The notes beneath the pieces were generated by a model. It was not told where the DNA came from. It saw nothing but the letters and a program-made list of their open reading frames with translations, and searched no databases. From an uncultured Candidatus Saccharibacteria bacterium (GTDB taxonomy: Bacteria; Patescibacteriota; Minisyncoccia; Phycocordibacterales; UBA9973): a stretch of DNA of 53,487 nt. This document shows, one piece after another, positions 1-8,637 of this stretch. Each line of letters opens with the position of its first letter. Position 1 is the first letter of the stretch. The stretch lies in assembly GCA_964532495.1 (NCBI GenBank), contig CAZHJZ010000006.1, forward strand, positions 1-53,487, in the 5' to 3' direction. Both the position numbers and the translations under genes were made by a program.

Positions 1-68
1 ATATCGATGCAGCAATGAAGATCATTGCAGGATCAGCTCGCTCAGCAGGATTCACAATCGTAGACTAA
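1..68 (+). CDS. rplK: 3' end of ribosomal protein L11 gene (partial, continues upstream of the window)
   Basis: The frame starting at nt 3 reads IDAAMKIIAGSARSAGFTIVD then stop (66..68). This fits the conserved L11 C-terminal pattern AAM-x-x-I-x-G-[ST]-ARS-x-G. Only 21 aa are visible. Confidence 0.55.
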   Translation, partial: IDAAMKIIAGSARSAGFTIVD

Positions 69-76
69 ATACTCAG

Positions 77-97
77 AGGCCCCGAAAGGGGCTTTTG
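77..97 (+). terminator. Intrinsic terminator after rplK
   Basis: GC stem aggcccc/ggggctt with a GAAA loop, followed by TTTT. Confidence 0.7.
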
Positions 98-113
98 TGT
101 TATTATTATTTAT

Positions 114-722
114 ATGAATATTCCTAAAATAGTTCTTCCTGCGGCGCTTGTTATTATAATCGGCTGCTTGGTTGCATATGGTATCTTGCGAGAAAAGTCT
201 AAACCACTTCCTGTGGTAGAGCAGCAAAGTGTAGTTTCTAATACGCATCCGTATGTCGAGCTTCAACCAGGGGAACGTATTGTTTGGGAAAATAATGATA
301 CAAGCTTTACGATTTACAATGAAAATAGCTTAAAATCAAATGAACGTATTATTACTATCTCACAAATTACAAAAGTTGCCGGTGGGTATGCATTGAAAGT
401 GCAAGACCATATGTATGTAAGCTATGGCGGGGTAATGGATGACGGTACTATAGAGGAAACGAACGGCGGATATGGAGAAGTTTCATTGCGTGGATCACAA
501 GAATTAGTATTGCCTAATGCTACGAATGGTTCGTATATAGGAATAAGTGCCGATGAACCACTCGGCGATGTTTCGCTTACTGCAACGTCATTTGCCAGTC
601 ACTTTACTAAAAAGGAATGTTTTACCGATCAATATAGTTGTCTGGATTTTAGAAACCTGTACTGGTTTGTCACTGTTGATGGAGACACAATTGTTTCCTT
701 TAAACAAGCGTATCAGGAATAA
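114..722 (+). CDS. Hypothetical membrane-anchored protein
   Basis: 202-aa ORF with an N-terminal hydrophobic helix (IVLPAALVIIIGCLVAYGIL). No recognisable catalytic motif. Confidence 0.6.
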   Translation: MNIPKIVLPAALVIIIGCLVAYGILREKSKPLPVVEQQSVVSNTHPYVELQPGERIVWENNDTSFTIYNENSLKSNERIITISQITKVAGGYALKVQDHMYVSYGGVMDDGTIEETNGGYGEVSLRGSQELVLPNATNGSYIGISADEPLGDVSLTATSFASHFTKKECFTDQYSCLDFRNLYWFVTVDGDTIVSFKQAYQE

Positions 723-728
723 TTATTT

Positions 729-1142
729 ATGTATTTTATGAAAGACATATATCTTACTTCAACTTTTACTAATCCATGGAATGTTGCTTTTAATCCTGTG
801 ATCGGCGAAGCTCTAGAAAAGAAAGGATTCACTTGTTATTTGCCTCATCGGGATACTAATCAACAAGCTTCACTAGAGGAGAAATTTGAAAGCAATATGG
901 TTGCAATGCGGAACGCTTCAATTATCTTAGCAATTGCTATGAATGAAAGCCCTAATTTTGGAGCAGAAGTTGGTTACATGCATGGAATTGGAAGACCAAT
1001 TATTGCGCTCACCAGTAATGAGCATGCGATTCCTTTAATGTGTGACAAAATGATGCAAGCAGTGATTCGTGTAGAAAATCTAGATGATGTGGAATCATAT
1101 ATTGATTCACTAGCTGAAAAATTGCGAGCCGTTCTTGGTTAG
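729..1142 (+). CDS. Nucleoside 2-deoxyribosyltransferase-like protein
   Basis: 137-aa ORF. The pattern IYL..(N-terminal strand)...GF.CYLPHRD...ASIILAI...NFGAEVGYMHGIGRPIIAL resembles the NDT-family fold and its acidic-residue/Gly-rich motif. The start could be 729 or 738. Confidence 0.5.
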   Translation: MYFMKDIYLTSTFTNPWNVAFNPVIGEALEKKGFTCYLPHRDTNQQASLEEKFESNMVAMRNASIILAIAMNESPNFGAEVGYMHGIGRPIIALTSNEHAIPLMCDKMMQAVIRVENLDDVESYIDSLAEKLRAVLG

Positions 1143-1762
1143 TGATTGTGCTGCTCAGTTTTGAATACGTGTGTATCTTCCGGTCCTGAGTCTTCGGAAA
1201 GCAGCAATAGTTCCGAGTTTCCGAAATGAAACATCATCAGTACATCTTTCCAGTCTAGATTGTAATACGCAGCGTAGAGCATCTTGCCGAAGTCGCCGTG
1301 TGTGGCGAGGAGCACTGATCCATCCGGATGCAGTGCTTTTACTTTTGCCAATACTTTTTTCGCACGCTCGATCATATCAGGAAATGTTTCCGCGCCTTCC
1401 ATTTCTAAAAAATAGGTGATGAGTTGAGGTGTTTTGAGAATGTTAGGCGAACAGAGCTCAGGAATGTCTTTGATCAATTTACCGGTCATGACGCCGAAAT
1501 TTCGTTCGATCAGTTCATTCCAAACAGTTGGTTTCTCCAATCCCAAGGCATCAGCAACCGCTTCGCCGGTTGTGTAAACGCGAGACAGGGGAGAACTATA
1601 TACTTTGTCAAAAGTAATACCGCTTTCCTTGATGTGTTTCGCCAATTGCTGAGCCTGGGATATTCCAAGTTCAGTCAGTGGTGTATCACGGTGGCCGTTT
1701 AAAATACCGGCTGCGTTGTCGCAGTCTTGGCCGTGCCGAGTGAGGTATATTTCGAGAGACAT
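1139..1762 (-). CDS. Histidine phosphatase family protein (phosphoglycerate-mutase-like)
   Basis: Motifs LTRHGQ (RHG), SSPLSRVYTTGE and LATHGDF. 207 aa. Overlaps the stop of the convergent 729..1142 gene by 4 nt. Confidence 0.85.
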   Translation of the reverse strand: MSLEIYLTRHGQDCDNAAGILNGHRDTPLTELGISQAQQLAKHIKESGITFDKVYSSPLSRVYTTGEAVADALGLEKPTVWNELIERNFGVMTGKLIKDIPELCSPNILKTPQLITYFLEMEGAETFPDMIERAKKVLAKVKALHPDGSVLLATHGDFGKMLYAAYYNLDWKDVLMMFHFGNSELLLLSEDSGPEDTHVFKTEQHNH

Positions 1763-1870
1763 GAAATTACTCTAGCATAAGTGCTTGCTCGGATGCCAAG
1801 TTGACCGTAAGGCTTTTCGTGGTAGTATCAAGACAATTCACAATTAAAAACAAAAAACCAATTTATACTC

Positions 1871-2803
1871 ATGAACACAAGTAAAGCACCTCAAACAAAC
1901 TTGCATCCAGGATTGATCAAGTACCTTTCCGAAAACAACATTTTAACCAGTTGGATCGATGTTAAAAAATCCCAAATAGACCGGAAAAAGAGATACCAGG
2001 TATTGGTGTTACAAAAACCGGAAGAAATAATAAGTGAGCTGGAGAAAATCCAGTGGGAGTTTACACCCGATACTAGCATCCTCTTGGTGTTCGATAGCAC
2101 AACAGGCGAAACAAAGCAGCAAAGGCTTAATTTTACTATTGAGGATCCAAACCCTGGCCCATTTGCTAAGGATAAGAAATTCGATTTCGGCTCTTTCTGC
2201 GCTATGGTGGTGAATGATGAGCAAGGCCTTATTATGCTCTCAATAAATGGTACGGAAGGTTTTACTTCAGGTGGAAATCACTGCACAGATATTGTACTTC
2301 TGACAACCCAAGGACAATTCGTAAAATTGTGGCAAATTGGCGTAGCAGGAGGAAATAAGTATGAATACATCAGAAAAATTCGCCAAGTGCGGGAAGGTTA
2401 TTGGCTGCTGGAAATTGAAGAGACTTTTAAGTTTAAAAGTGCTCTGATGCTTTCTCGGCATAAGATTGGATATGATAGTTATTACGTAACTATAAGTTCC
2501 GAAAATGATCTTAAGCCCAATACTTCCTTTGACGAAACAAGTGTTGAAAAGATACAAACCTGGTTTAGCAATTCAGAGGGCATAGCTAACTTCTGTATAG
2601 TTACTTCGTACCATGCCTGTAAAATTTTCAGTTTCGAAAAACATGGTGCTTCTGTCGAGTATTGTAAAGTTGTATCAACTAATTACTTTGAAGGCTATAT
2701 ACGAGAAATAAAAGTAGTGCACGAAGAAAACAAAATTACCGTTGATTTTGTGGATACCCTGCCTGACAGAACATTTGCGTCTCTGACTTACATTCAAAAG
2801 TAA
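1871..2803 (+). CDS. Hypothetical protein
   Basis: 310-aa ORF with no recognisable motif. TTGACC-type promoter about 60 nt upstream. Confidence 0.55.
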   Translation: MNTSKAPQTNLHPGLIKYLSENNILTSWIDVKKSQIDRKKRYQVLVLQKPEEIISELEKIQWEFTPDTSILLVFDSTTGETKQQRLNFTIEDPNPGPFAKDKKFDFGSFCAMVVNDEQGLIMLSINGTEGFTSGGNHCTDIVLLTTQGQFVKLWQIGVAGGNKYEYIRKIRQVREGYWLLEIEETFKFKSALMLSRHKIGYDSYYVTISSENDLKPNTSFDETSVEKIQTWFSNSEGIANFCIVTSYHACKIFSFEKHGASVEYCKVVSTNYFEGYIREIKVVHEENKITVDFVDTLPDRTFASLTYIQK

Positions 2804-2832
2804 ACTTACTATAACGATTATATAAACAGTAA

Positions 2833-2867
2833 CAGCTTCAGACTTCGGTTTGGGGCTGCTTTTTTTG
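2833..2867 (+). terminator. Intrinsic terminator (stem includes G-U pairs)
   Basis: cagcttcag / ttggggctg stem with G-U pairs, followed by a T7 run. Confidence 0.5.
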
Positions 2868-2986
2868 TATGGAGTATTTTGGGGGGTGTAAGATTTTATT
2901 ATCCACAGCGTCATTAGATATAGCTATCCTTATACTCTCTTGAAGGATATAATGAATCTATTATAAAGTTACGCTAATATATCAGC

Positions 2987-4963
2987 ATGAAAAAATACCT
3001 AGTTGCTTTCTTAGTGCTCGGAGCGATCGTAGGAGGAGCGGTGCAAGTTAAGGCTGCAAGTCTCGAGGATTTATGGAAAGAAGTAATGGGTCTCAAACAG
3101 GAAGTCACAGCGCTCCAAGCGCAGCTGCCTGCGCAGGCTCTCACAGGCATGCGAGCTGCAACCTCTGTTGAAGCAGGTGCTTCTGTTTCAGTTGAAAAGA
3201 GAGATACCTCAGCTTCTGTCATGGCTGGCATGAAAGTGCCACTTAGTATTTCCGCAACCCCAGCACAAGCTCCGCGAGCAGCCCTTACTAAGACATTACA
3301 GTCTGGCGTTACTGATGCGGAGGTGAAAGTGGTTCAATCAATCCTTAAAGATACTGGTTATCTCAAAGCAGAAGCGACAGGTTATTTCGGCAAAGCGACT
3401 GAAACAGCATTAAAGCAATACCAGGCAGCAAATGGATTGGAGGCAACAGGAACTGTTGGTCCTCGAACACGCACAATTCTCACTGCTACTACTTTGTCAG
3501 CTACTGCTAAGCCTTCTGATACTTTATCTATTATGGCTCAAAGCGCGGGCTGTTCCGCGGGTGCACGCTTTAGTGCCTCGACGGGCAAAGCATGTCCTGG
3601 CACCGAAGTTACTACTCCTAGCCGAACTACAGCTGAAACTCCAGCGAAAAATTCAGTAGCATGTTCAGCTTCTTCAGGATATGTTTACTCAGGTAAGTGG
3701 GGATCATTCGGATCTGGTAATGGGCAATTCGATATGCCGTATGAACTTGATGCTGATGCAAACGGAAATGTATATGTTCCGGATACTCACGCTAACACTG
3801 TGCAAAAATTTGATGCTAATGGAAAGTTTGTCCTAGCGTTCGGGTCAATCAGTTCAGGAAACAGCCAGCTCGACCGACCGTATGGATTGGGCGTAGATGC
3901 TTCAGGTAATGTGTATGTTGCTGATACATACAATAGCCGTATCGTAAAATTCTCAGGAAACGGTGTATACATTTCTCAATTCGGTAGCGGCGTACTCAAT
4001 CACCCAGGAGCAGTTAAGTTCGATAAGTCAGGAAATATCTATGTCTCGGATATCGATAATCTCCGTATCGCTAAATTCGATGTGAATGGAAACTTGCTCC
4101 TTACCTTCGGTTCCGCTGGTACCGGTAATGGACAATTCACGGATATTCGCGGTATCGCGATCGCAGCAAATGGAAACATCTATGTCGCAGATAACGGAGG
4201 AGATCGTATTGAAATATTTAATTCAAATGGAACATACGTCAGTCAGTTCGGAACTCGAGGTACTGGCAATGGACAATTTATGAATCCTGCTGATCTTCAT
4301 TTTGATTCAAACGGTTTTCTCTATGTTGTTGAAGCTCAGGGCAATCGCATTCAGAAATTCGACGCTAACGGAACATACCTTGGACAATTCGGATCACTCG
4401 GTTCAGGAAGCGGCCAAATTTCTTACCCGCTCGGAATGACTATCGACGCTGCAAACAACCTCTATGTATCTGATTGGAAAAATAGCCGCATCGTGAAGTT
4501 TTCACCATGCTCTACAAGTGTGCTCACTACTCCACTAACTACAACTCCTACGAAAACTTCAGCTACAATTCCTGCATGTATGCAGGGGGTTCCAAGTATT
4601 ACTTCAGTTGATTCTCCGATCAATGGCGGGAGACTCAACCACGGTGGAAATGTCACTGTTACTTGGAAATGGTGTAACATCCCAGTTGCATCAGAAGTAC
4701 TGATTGCGATCGAACCTCCTACTGGATTGGTGCAAAATGGTCCGAACGGATACACTTCAATTTTAGCTACATATAACTACAGTACTGCCGTTCCTGGTTC
4801 AACAACTGGTTACTATCAGGCAACCACGGCTGGCGGATCTGACCTTGCCGTTATTCCTGCAAATATTCCACCTGGACAGTATCGAATTAATGTTTACGGA
4901 AAGACAAGTCCAAATTTCTCAAATGAGTTTGGAAATCATTCGGGAGTATTTACGGTTCAGTAA
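2987..4963 (+). CDS. Secreted protein with a peptidoglycan-binding domain and an NHL-repeat beta-propeller
   Basis: Signal peptide MKKYLVAFLVLGAIVGGAVQVKA. PG_binding_1-like segment (DAEVKVVQSILKDTGYL...GYFGKATETALKQYQAANGLEATGTVGPRT). At least 6 repeats of the NHL type (GxGNGQFxxPxGxAxDxxGNxYVxDxxNxRIxKF). Thr/Pro linker and a C-terminal Ig-like region. Confidence 0.8.
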   Translation: MKKYLVAFLVLGAIVGGAVQVKAASLEDLWKEVMGLKQEVTALQAQLPAQALTGMRAATSVEAGASVSVEKRDTSASVMAGMKVPLSISATPAQAPRAALTKTLQSGVTDAEVKVVQSILKDTGYLKAEATGYFGKATETALKQYQAANGLEATGTVGPRTRTILTATTLSATAKPSDTLSIMAQSAGCSAGARFSASTGKACPGTEVTTPSRTTAETPAKNSVACSASSGYVYSGKWGSFGSGNGQFDMPYELDADANGNVYVPDTHANTVQKFDANGKFVLAFGSISSGNSQLDRPYGLGVDASGNVYVADTYNSRIVKFSGNGVYISQFGSGVLNHPGAVKFDKSGNIYVSDIDNLRIAKFDVNGNLLLTFGSAGTGNGQFTDIRGIAIAANGNIYVADNGGDRIEIFNSNGTYVSQFGTRGTGNGQFMNPADLHFDSNGFLYVVEAQGNRIQKFDANGTYLGQFGSLGSGSGQISYPLGMTIDAANNLYVSDWKNSRIVKFSPCSTSVLTTPLTTTPTKTSATIPACMQGVPSITSVDSPINGGRLNHGGNVTVTWKWCNIPVASEVLIAIEPPTGLVQNGPNGYTSILATYNYSTAVPGSTTGYYQATTAGGSDLAVIPANIPPGQYRINVYGKTSPNFSNEFGNHSGVFTVQ

Positions 4964-4973
4964 ATACATGAAT

Positions 4974-5008
4974 AAAAAAAGAGCGGCGCCGAAGGCGCCG
5001 CTCTTTTG
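4974..5008. terminator. Strong bidirectional-type intrinsic terminator
   Basis: A-run, 11-bp GC stem agagcggcgcc/ggcgccgctct with a GAA loop, then a T-run. Confidence 0.85.
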
Positions 5009-5034
5009 CATTTCAGTTATATTCCTGCTACTCT
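5006..5034 (+). promoter_or_regulatory. Candidate sigma70 promoter (TTGCAT-N17-TACTCT, TGC extended -10)
   Basis: Hexamers at 5006..5011 and 5029..5034, with TGC immediately 5' of the -10. Confidence 0.4.
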
Positions 5035-5040
5035 AAGCCT

Positions 5041-5174
5041 ATGTTACTCACTCGCAACAAAGCAATCTGGGCAGGGGAAGTCGGGACAGCAACCGCTTAA
5101 CGAGGCCGCTTTGTTTTAGTCGAACAAGCCGCCTCTTTGGGCGGTTTTTTCTTATCTCTTAAACAATTCCAATC
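5041..5174 (+). promoter_or_regulatory. Structured 5' leader with an intrinsic terminator (5129..5150) directly upstream of the YhhQ-type transporter gene; candidate riboswitch or attenuator of unassigned class
   Basis: Terminator ccgcct/gggcgg plus T6 at 5129..5150. An alternative imperfect hairpin at 5102..5135 shares the aacaagccgcc segment, so the two structures are mutually exclusive. A G-rich segment ctgggcaggggaagtcggga lies upstream. Confidence 0.4.
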
Positions 5175-5819
5175 ATGGAACAAATTACTCCTTCCGACTA
5201 TAAAAAAATAGTCATTTGTCTCACGCTTTACATTACTGCTCTCATTGCCGCAAATACGCTTGGCGTCAAAACTATGCCGTTTCTCTTTGGTACGCATCTT
5301 TCAGTTTCCGTCTTTTATTTTCCAATAGTTTTTCTTATGACTGATATCATCGGAGAAGTGTATGGTAAAAGTATGGCACGCAATTTTGTCCTCGCTGGAT
5401 TTTTGGCAACGCTTGCTTTTACGATCTTTAATATTATTTCTGTTGTTACTCCATGGTCGCCGGCAAGTCTCTGGGCACACGATGCGTACAATATGCTTTT
5501 CGGGGTTTCCATCCGAATCTCGGTCGCTTCGCTGCTGGCATTTGTGATTGGCGAATACCAGGATGTTTTTACCTTTTTCTTATTGAAATGGAAGACGGGC
5601 GGCAAATATTTCTGGCTCCGTTCCAATCTCTCAAATGTATGGTCGCAATTCCTCGATACGGTGATTTTCATGGTCGTCGCTTTTGCCGGCATTTATTCCG
5701 TACCGGCGCTGATCGGCATGATCATCCCGTGGTGGATTTATAAAGTAATAATGGGAATTGCTTATACGCCGCTTTCGTATGTCGGTATTCATTTCCTCAA
5801 AAAGAACTATGATCATTAA
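5175..5819 (+). CDS. YhhQ/VUT-family (DUF165) queuosine-precursor transporter-like membrane protein
   Basis: 214 aa, about 6 TM. N-terminal pattern ...ALIAANTLGVK...FPIVFLMTDIIGEVYGK is typical of the YhhQ family. Confidence 0.75.
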   Translation: MEQITPSDYKKIVICLTLYITALIAANTLGVKTMPFLFGTHLSVSVFYFPIVFLMTDIIGEVYGKSMARNFVLAGFLATLAFTIFNIISVVTPWSPASLWAHDAYNMLFGVSIRISVASLLAFVIGEYQDVFTFFLLKWKTGGKYFWLRSNLSNVWSQFLDTVIFMVVAFAGIYSVPALIGMIIPWWIYKVIMGIAYTPLSYVGIHFLKKNYDH

Positions 5820-6525
5820 TCCAATTAAAACGAGGATATTCCAGCCCGAGGAAAATTTGTTTGCATTTATAATCGAACATATTTCTGATTTGAAAGAAGG
5901 CGACATATTAGTGGTAACTTCAAAAATAATTTCGTATGCCGAAGGACGATATGTGTTTCCATATACTGAAAAAATGCGCGATGAAATTATCGCCAAAGAA
6001 AGCACATTCGTCCTCCGAACCAAATACACTTGGCTGACGATCAAAGATGGCACGGTCATGGCCTCGGCGGGAGTGGATGAGTCGAATGCAGATGGAAGAT
6101 TACTTTTGCTTCCAAAAGATAGCTGGAAAACAGCAATGCTGCTTCGCAGGAAACTGATGAAGTGCTTCGGATTGAAAAAACTTGGCATTCTGATAACTGA
6201 TTCTCGTCTTCTGCCCCTTCGGGCAGGAGCGGTGGGCGTAGCGCTCGGCTATGCAGGGTTTAAGGGCATTCGTGATTACCGCGGCAAAGAGGATTTGTTT
6301 GGCCGGAAATTGAAACTCTCACAAACTGATGTTGCAGATAGCTTGGCAACTGCTGCCGTCCTTTGTATGGGTGAGGGAAGTGAATCAATTCCATTGGCTC
6401 TTGTCCAGAATGCCCCAGTCGAATATTCCAATAGCACCAATAGAAAGGAACTGATTATAGACCCTGCCGAAGACGTCTATGCACCGCTTTTCCAAACTCT
6501 TCCGAAAACCCGCAAAATGCGCTAG
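5809..6525 (+). CDS. CofE-like (F420-0:gamma-glutamyl ligase family) protein
   Basis: MIINPIKTRIF...GDILVVTSKIISYAEGR...ASAGVDESNA...GILITDS pattern. I place the start at the ATG overlapping the yhhQ-like stop (ATGATCATTAA). The ORF track offers an earlier start at 5758. Confidence 0.7.
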   Translation: MIINPIKTRIFQPEENLFAFIIEHISDLKEGDILVVTSKIISYAEGRYVFPYTEKMRDEIIAKESTFVLRTKYTWLTIKDGTVMASAGVDESNADGRLLLLPKDSWKTAMLLRRKLMKCFGLKKLGILITDSRLLPLRAGAVGVALGYAGFKGIRDYRGKEDLFGRKLKLSQTDVADSLATAAVLCMGEGSESIPLALVQNAPVEYSNSTNRKELIIDPAEDVYAPLFQTLPKTRKMR

Positions 6526-6536
6526 ACTAACTCTAT

Positions 6537-7025
6537 ATGACAGATGTCCACAAGCGCCCATCCTGGGACGAATACTTTATGGAAATAATGGATGCTGTGG
6601 CAAAGCGCGCTACGTGCGACAGGGGCCGCTCAGGCTGCGTTATAGCCCATGACAAGCGCATTGTAGCTACGGGTTACGTAGGCTCAGCTGCGGGCACTAA
6701 GCACTGCGATGAGGTGGGTCACGAGATGGCAACCGTCATGAATGATGATGGCACTGAGAGCAAGCACTGTATCCGTACCGCCCATGCTGAACAAAACGCT
6801 ATTGTCCATGCTGCACGCGTAGGAGCGGCTTTGGAGGGTAGCACACTCTACTGCAATATGACGCCATGTTACGCCTGTGCCAAGATGATCATCAATGCTG
6901 GTATTATCCGTGTCGTCGCCAAGAAAGACTATCACGCTGGCGGACGATCAAAGGAAATTTTCAAGGAAGCAAATATCAAATTCGAACTTTTAAACGACGT
7001 TGTCGAAGCGTATACTAATCAATAA
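6537..7025 (+). CDS. Deoxycytidylate (dCMP) deaminase
   Basis: Zinc motifs HAEQNAI and PCYACAKMI. The N-terminal WDEYFM motif is typical of ComEB/dCMP deaminases. Confidence 0.9.
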   Translation: MTDVHKRPSWDEYFMEIMDAVAKRATCDRGRSGCVIAHDKRIVATGYVGSAAGTKHCDEVGHEMATVMNDDGTESKHCIRTAHAEQNAIVHAARVGAALEGSTLYCNMTPCYACAKMIINAGIIRVVAKKDYHAGGRSKEIFKEANIKFELLNDVVEAYTNQ

Positions 7026-7034
7026 TTTTATAGT

Positions 7035-7367
7035 ATGTCAGTCAACCTAAACGATCTTCAAAAAGAGGTGATGCGCAATAAGCTTGAGAAAGGTTTCAAT
7101 ACCACTGATGTGGCATTGGAATTTTGCCGCGCGCATGAAGAGCTTTCGGAAGCATTCTCAAAATTCAGCAAGCATCAAGATGGGGTAGCTGAAGAATTTG
7201 CCGATGTAGCCATCTTTCTTCTCGGCATGTGCGAAATTCTTGGCTACGACCTCGAAAAAGAGCTTGTGAGAAAAATAGAAGTAAACAAATCTCGCGTCTA
7301 TAAAAAAGGGAAGACACCGGACGGGAAAGATATTTTCATCCGAGAAAAAACAGATATCGATCCGTGA
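7035..7367 (+). CDS. MazG-like nucleotide pyrophosphohydrolase domain protein
   Basis: 110 aa. EELSEA...EEFADVAIFLLGMCEILGYDLEKELVRKIEVNKSR matches the MazG four-helix motif pattern. Confidence 0.7.
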   Translation: MSVNLNDLQKEVMRNKLEKGFNTTDVALEFCRAHEELSEAFSKFSKHQDGVAEEFADVAIFLLGMCEILGYDLEKELVRKIEVNKSRVYKKGKTPDGKDIFIREKTDIDP

Positions 7368-7369
7368 TT

Positions 7370-7398
7370 AAAAAAAACCGCCTAAGCGGTTTTTTTTA
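7370..7398. terminator. Intrinsic terminator
   Basis: A8, stem accgc/gcggt with a CTAA loop, then T8. Confidence 0.8.
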
Positions 7399-7428
7399 AT
7401 GTGGTTGACTCATGGCGCTAGAATGGTA

Positions 7429-8013
7429 ATGAAAAGAAAAACATATATTGCCATGAAAATAAACTATCTAACACCCGAAAAGATTGAAGCAATACAGAAA
7501 GCTTCAACTATTACTGAATTGACCGAAATCGCCCTTGAGGTTGTTTCTCGGATGCCCAAAAAGAGTATTGGAATATGCGGGCCACTATCGCATACCAAGT
7601 CCCCAAATTTTGAGGAATACAAACAGGGATTAATTTCGTTTGGAAACATAACAGGACGTTTGGTGAACGCAGGCTATCCCGTTTTTGATGAGCGGCCGTA
7701 TTTAAATAAAATGTTCGAATTAAAAAAAGAATATTTTATCCAAAACCCGGGCGCAACCCAGTACACTCCGCTTATAAAGGATTTTTACGAACCAATTTTA
7801 GAAACCGGCAAGATTACAAAGATGATACTGCTTACCAAATGGGACGAAGGCTTTGTATATTACTGGAAAGCAACGTATGGCCACGGTATAAAAAATATCA
7901 GCCTGCCTGCTGGTTGGGAGGAAGGCTTTTCTTTAAGTGATATCCATGACTTGGGAGAACCCCTATCATCTTCAGAAGGAAATTCGGAACAATCAGTAAC
8001 CTCCGGAGCATAA
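7429..8013 (+). CDS. Hypothetical protein (possible DUF4406 / deoxyribosyltransferase-like fold)
   Basis: The ORF is open from 7399. Candidate starts are 7399, 7429 and 7453. The IGICGPLS...N...F...LVNAGYPVFD pattern is weakly reminiscent of DUF4406. Confidence 0.45.
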   Translation: MKRKTYIAMKINYLTPEKIEAIQKASTITELTEIALEVVSRMPKKSIGICGPLSHTKSPNFEEYKQGLISFGNITGRLVNAGYPVFDERPYLNKMFELKKEYFIQNPGATQYTPLIKDFYEPILETGKITKMILLTKWDEGFVYYWKATYGHGIKNISLPAGWEEGFSLSDIHDLGEPLSSSEGNSEQSVTSGA

Positions 8014-8068
8014 CAATATATTTAATTTTTAGAAACACATACTTAATAGATCATCCCTCAGGGTTGGT

Positions 8069-8554
8069 CTATTTTTTTATGTATACAGTAAATGTCATTG
8101 GATACAAATTATCCTCATCAGGCAATTGTGCGTTTTCTGATTCTTTCTGCCATGAGCTGTCGATGGCGGGGAAATAACTATCAGCATCAAACGAGGCACC
8201 GATATGGGTGACATACAATTTATTTGCAAAGGGCATTCCGAGTTTATACAGTTCCGCTCCGCCGATGTCGAATATTTCTTCGTCGGTGTTTTTGAAAAGA
8301 TCCAATGCTTCTTGTATTGAATGCACAACTTCAATTCCTTCCGCAGAAAAATTCTGATCGCGCGTGACAACGATATTGCGGCGATTGGGAAGCGCGCGGC
8401 CAATTGATTGGAAAGTCTTGCGTCCCATGATAACGGCATGTCCTCGCGTAGTATCGCGAAAGTGCTTCATATCAGCAGGAAGGTTCCAGAGCAGCTGGTT
8501 GTTCTTGCCGAGTTCGTTGTTTTGGCCGACGGCGGCGATGAGGGAGAGGGTCAT
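8069..8554 (-). CDS. folA: Dihydrofolate reductase
   Basis: MTLSLIAAVGQNNELGKNNQLLWNLPADMKHFRDTTRGHAVIMGRKTFQSIGRALPNRRNIVVTRD is the canonical DHFR N-terminus. Start taken at the internal Met (8554) rather than the ORF-track 8620. Confidence 0.9.
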   Translation of the reverse strand: MTLSLIAAVGQNNELGKNNQLLWNLPADMKHFRDTTRGHAVIMGRKTFQSIGRALPNRRNIVVTRDQNFSAEGIEVVHSIQEALDLFKNTDEEIFDIGGAELYKLGMPFANKLYVTHIGASFDADSYFPAIDSSWQKESENAQLPDEDNLYPMTFTVYIKK

Positions 8555-8582
8555 ATGACTATAGTAGCAAAATAACGGACTT

Positions 8583-8611
8583 TTGACAAAGGATATGGAT
8601 CGTGCTATAAT
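8583..8611 (+). promoter_or_regulatory. Consensus sigma70 promoter TTGACA-N17-TATAAT with TGC extended -10
   Basis: TTGACA at 8583..8588 and TATAAT at 8606..8611, 27 nt upstream of the 8638 ATG. Confidence 0.65.
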
Positions 8612-8637
8612 ACAGCCCAAATAAACCCTTTCACTTT

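Noticed and set aside
2987-4963. Internal tandem repeats in the 658-aa secreted protein as a novel repeat element
   Set aside because: The periodicity is fully explained by NHL beta-propeller blades at the protein level. The nucleotide copies are diverged.
5041-5128. Assigning the yhhQ-like leader to the preQ1-I or preQ1-II riboswitch class
   Set aside because: I could not place the short P1 stem plus A-rich tail (preQ1-I) or the preQ1-II consensus in the sequence by eye. I kept it only as an unclassified attenuator candidate.
5631-6188. 185-aa minus-strand ORF, and similar antisense ORFs at 17927..18430 and 18241..18777
   Set aside because: These are antisense to the well-supported CofE-like and glyA genes, with no independent signals.
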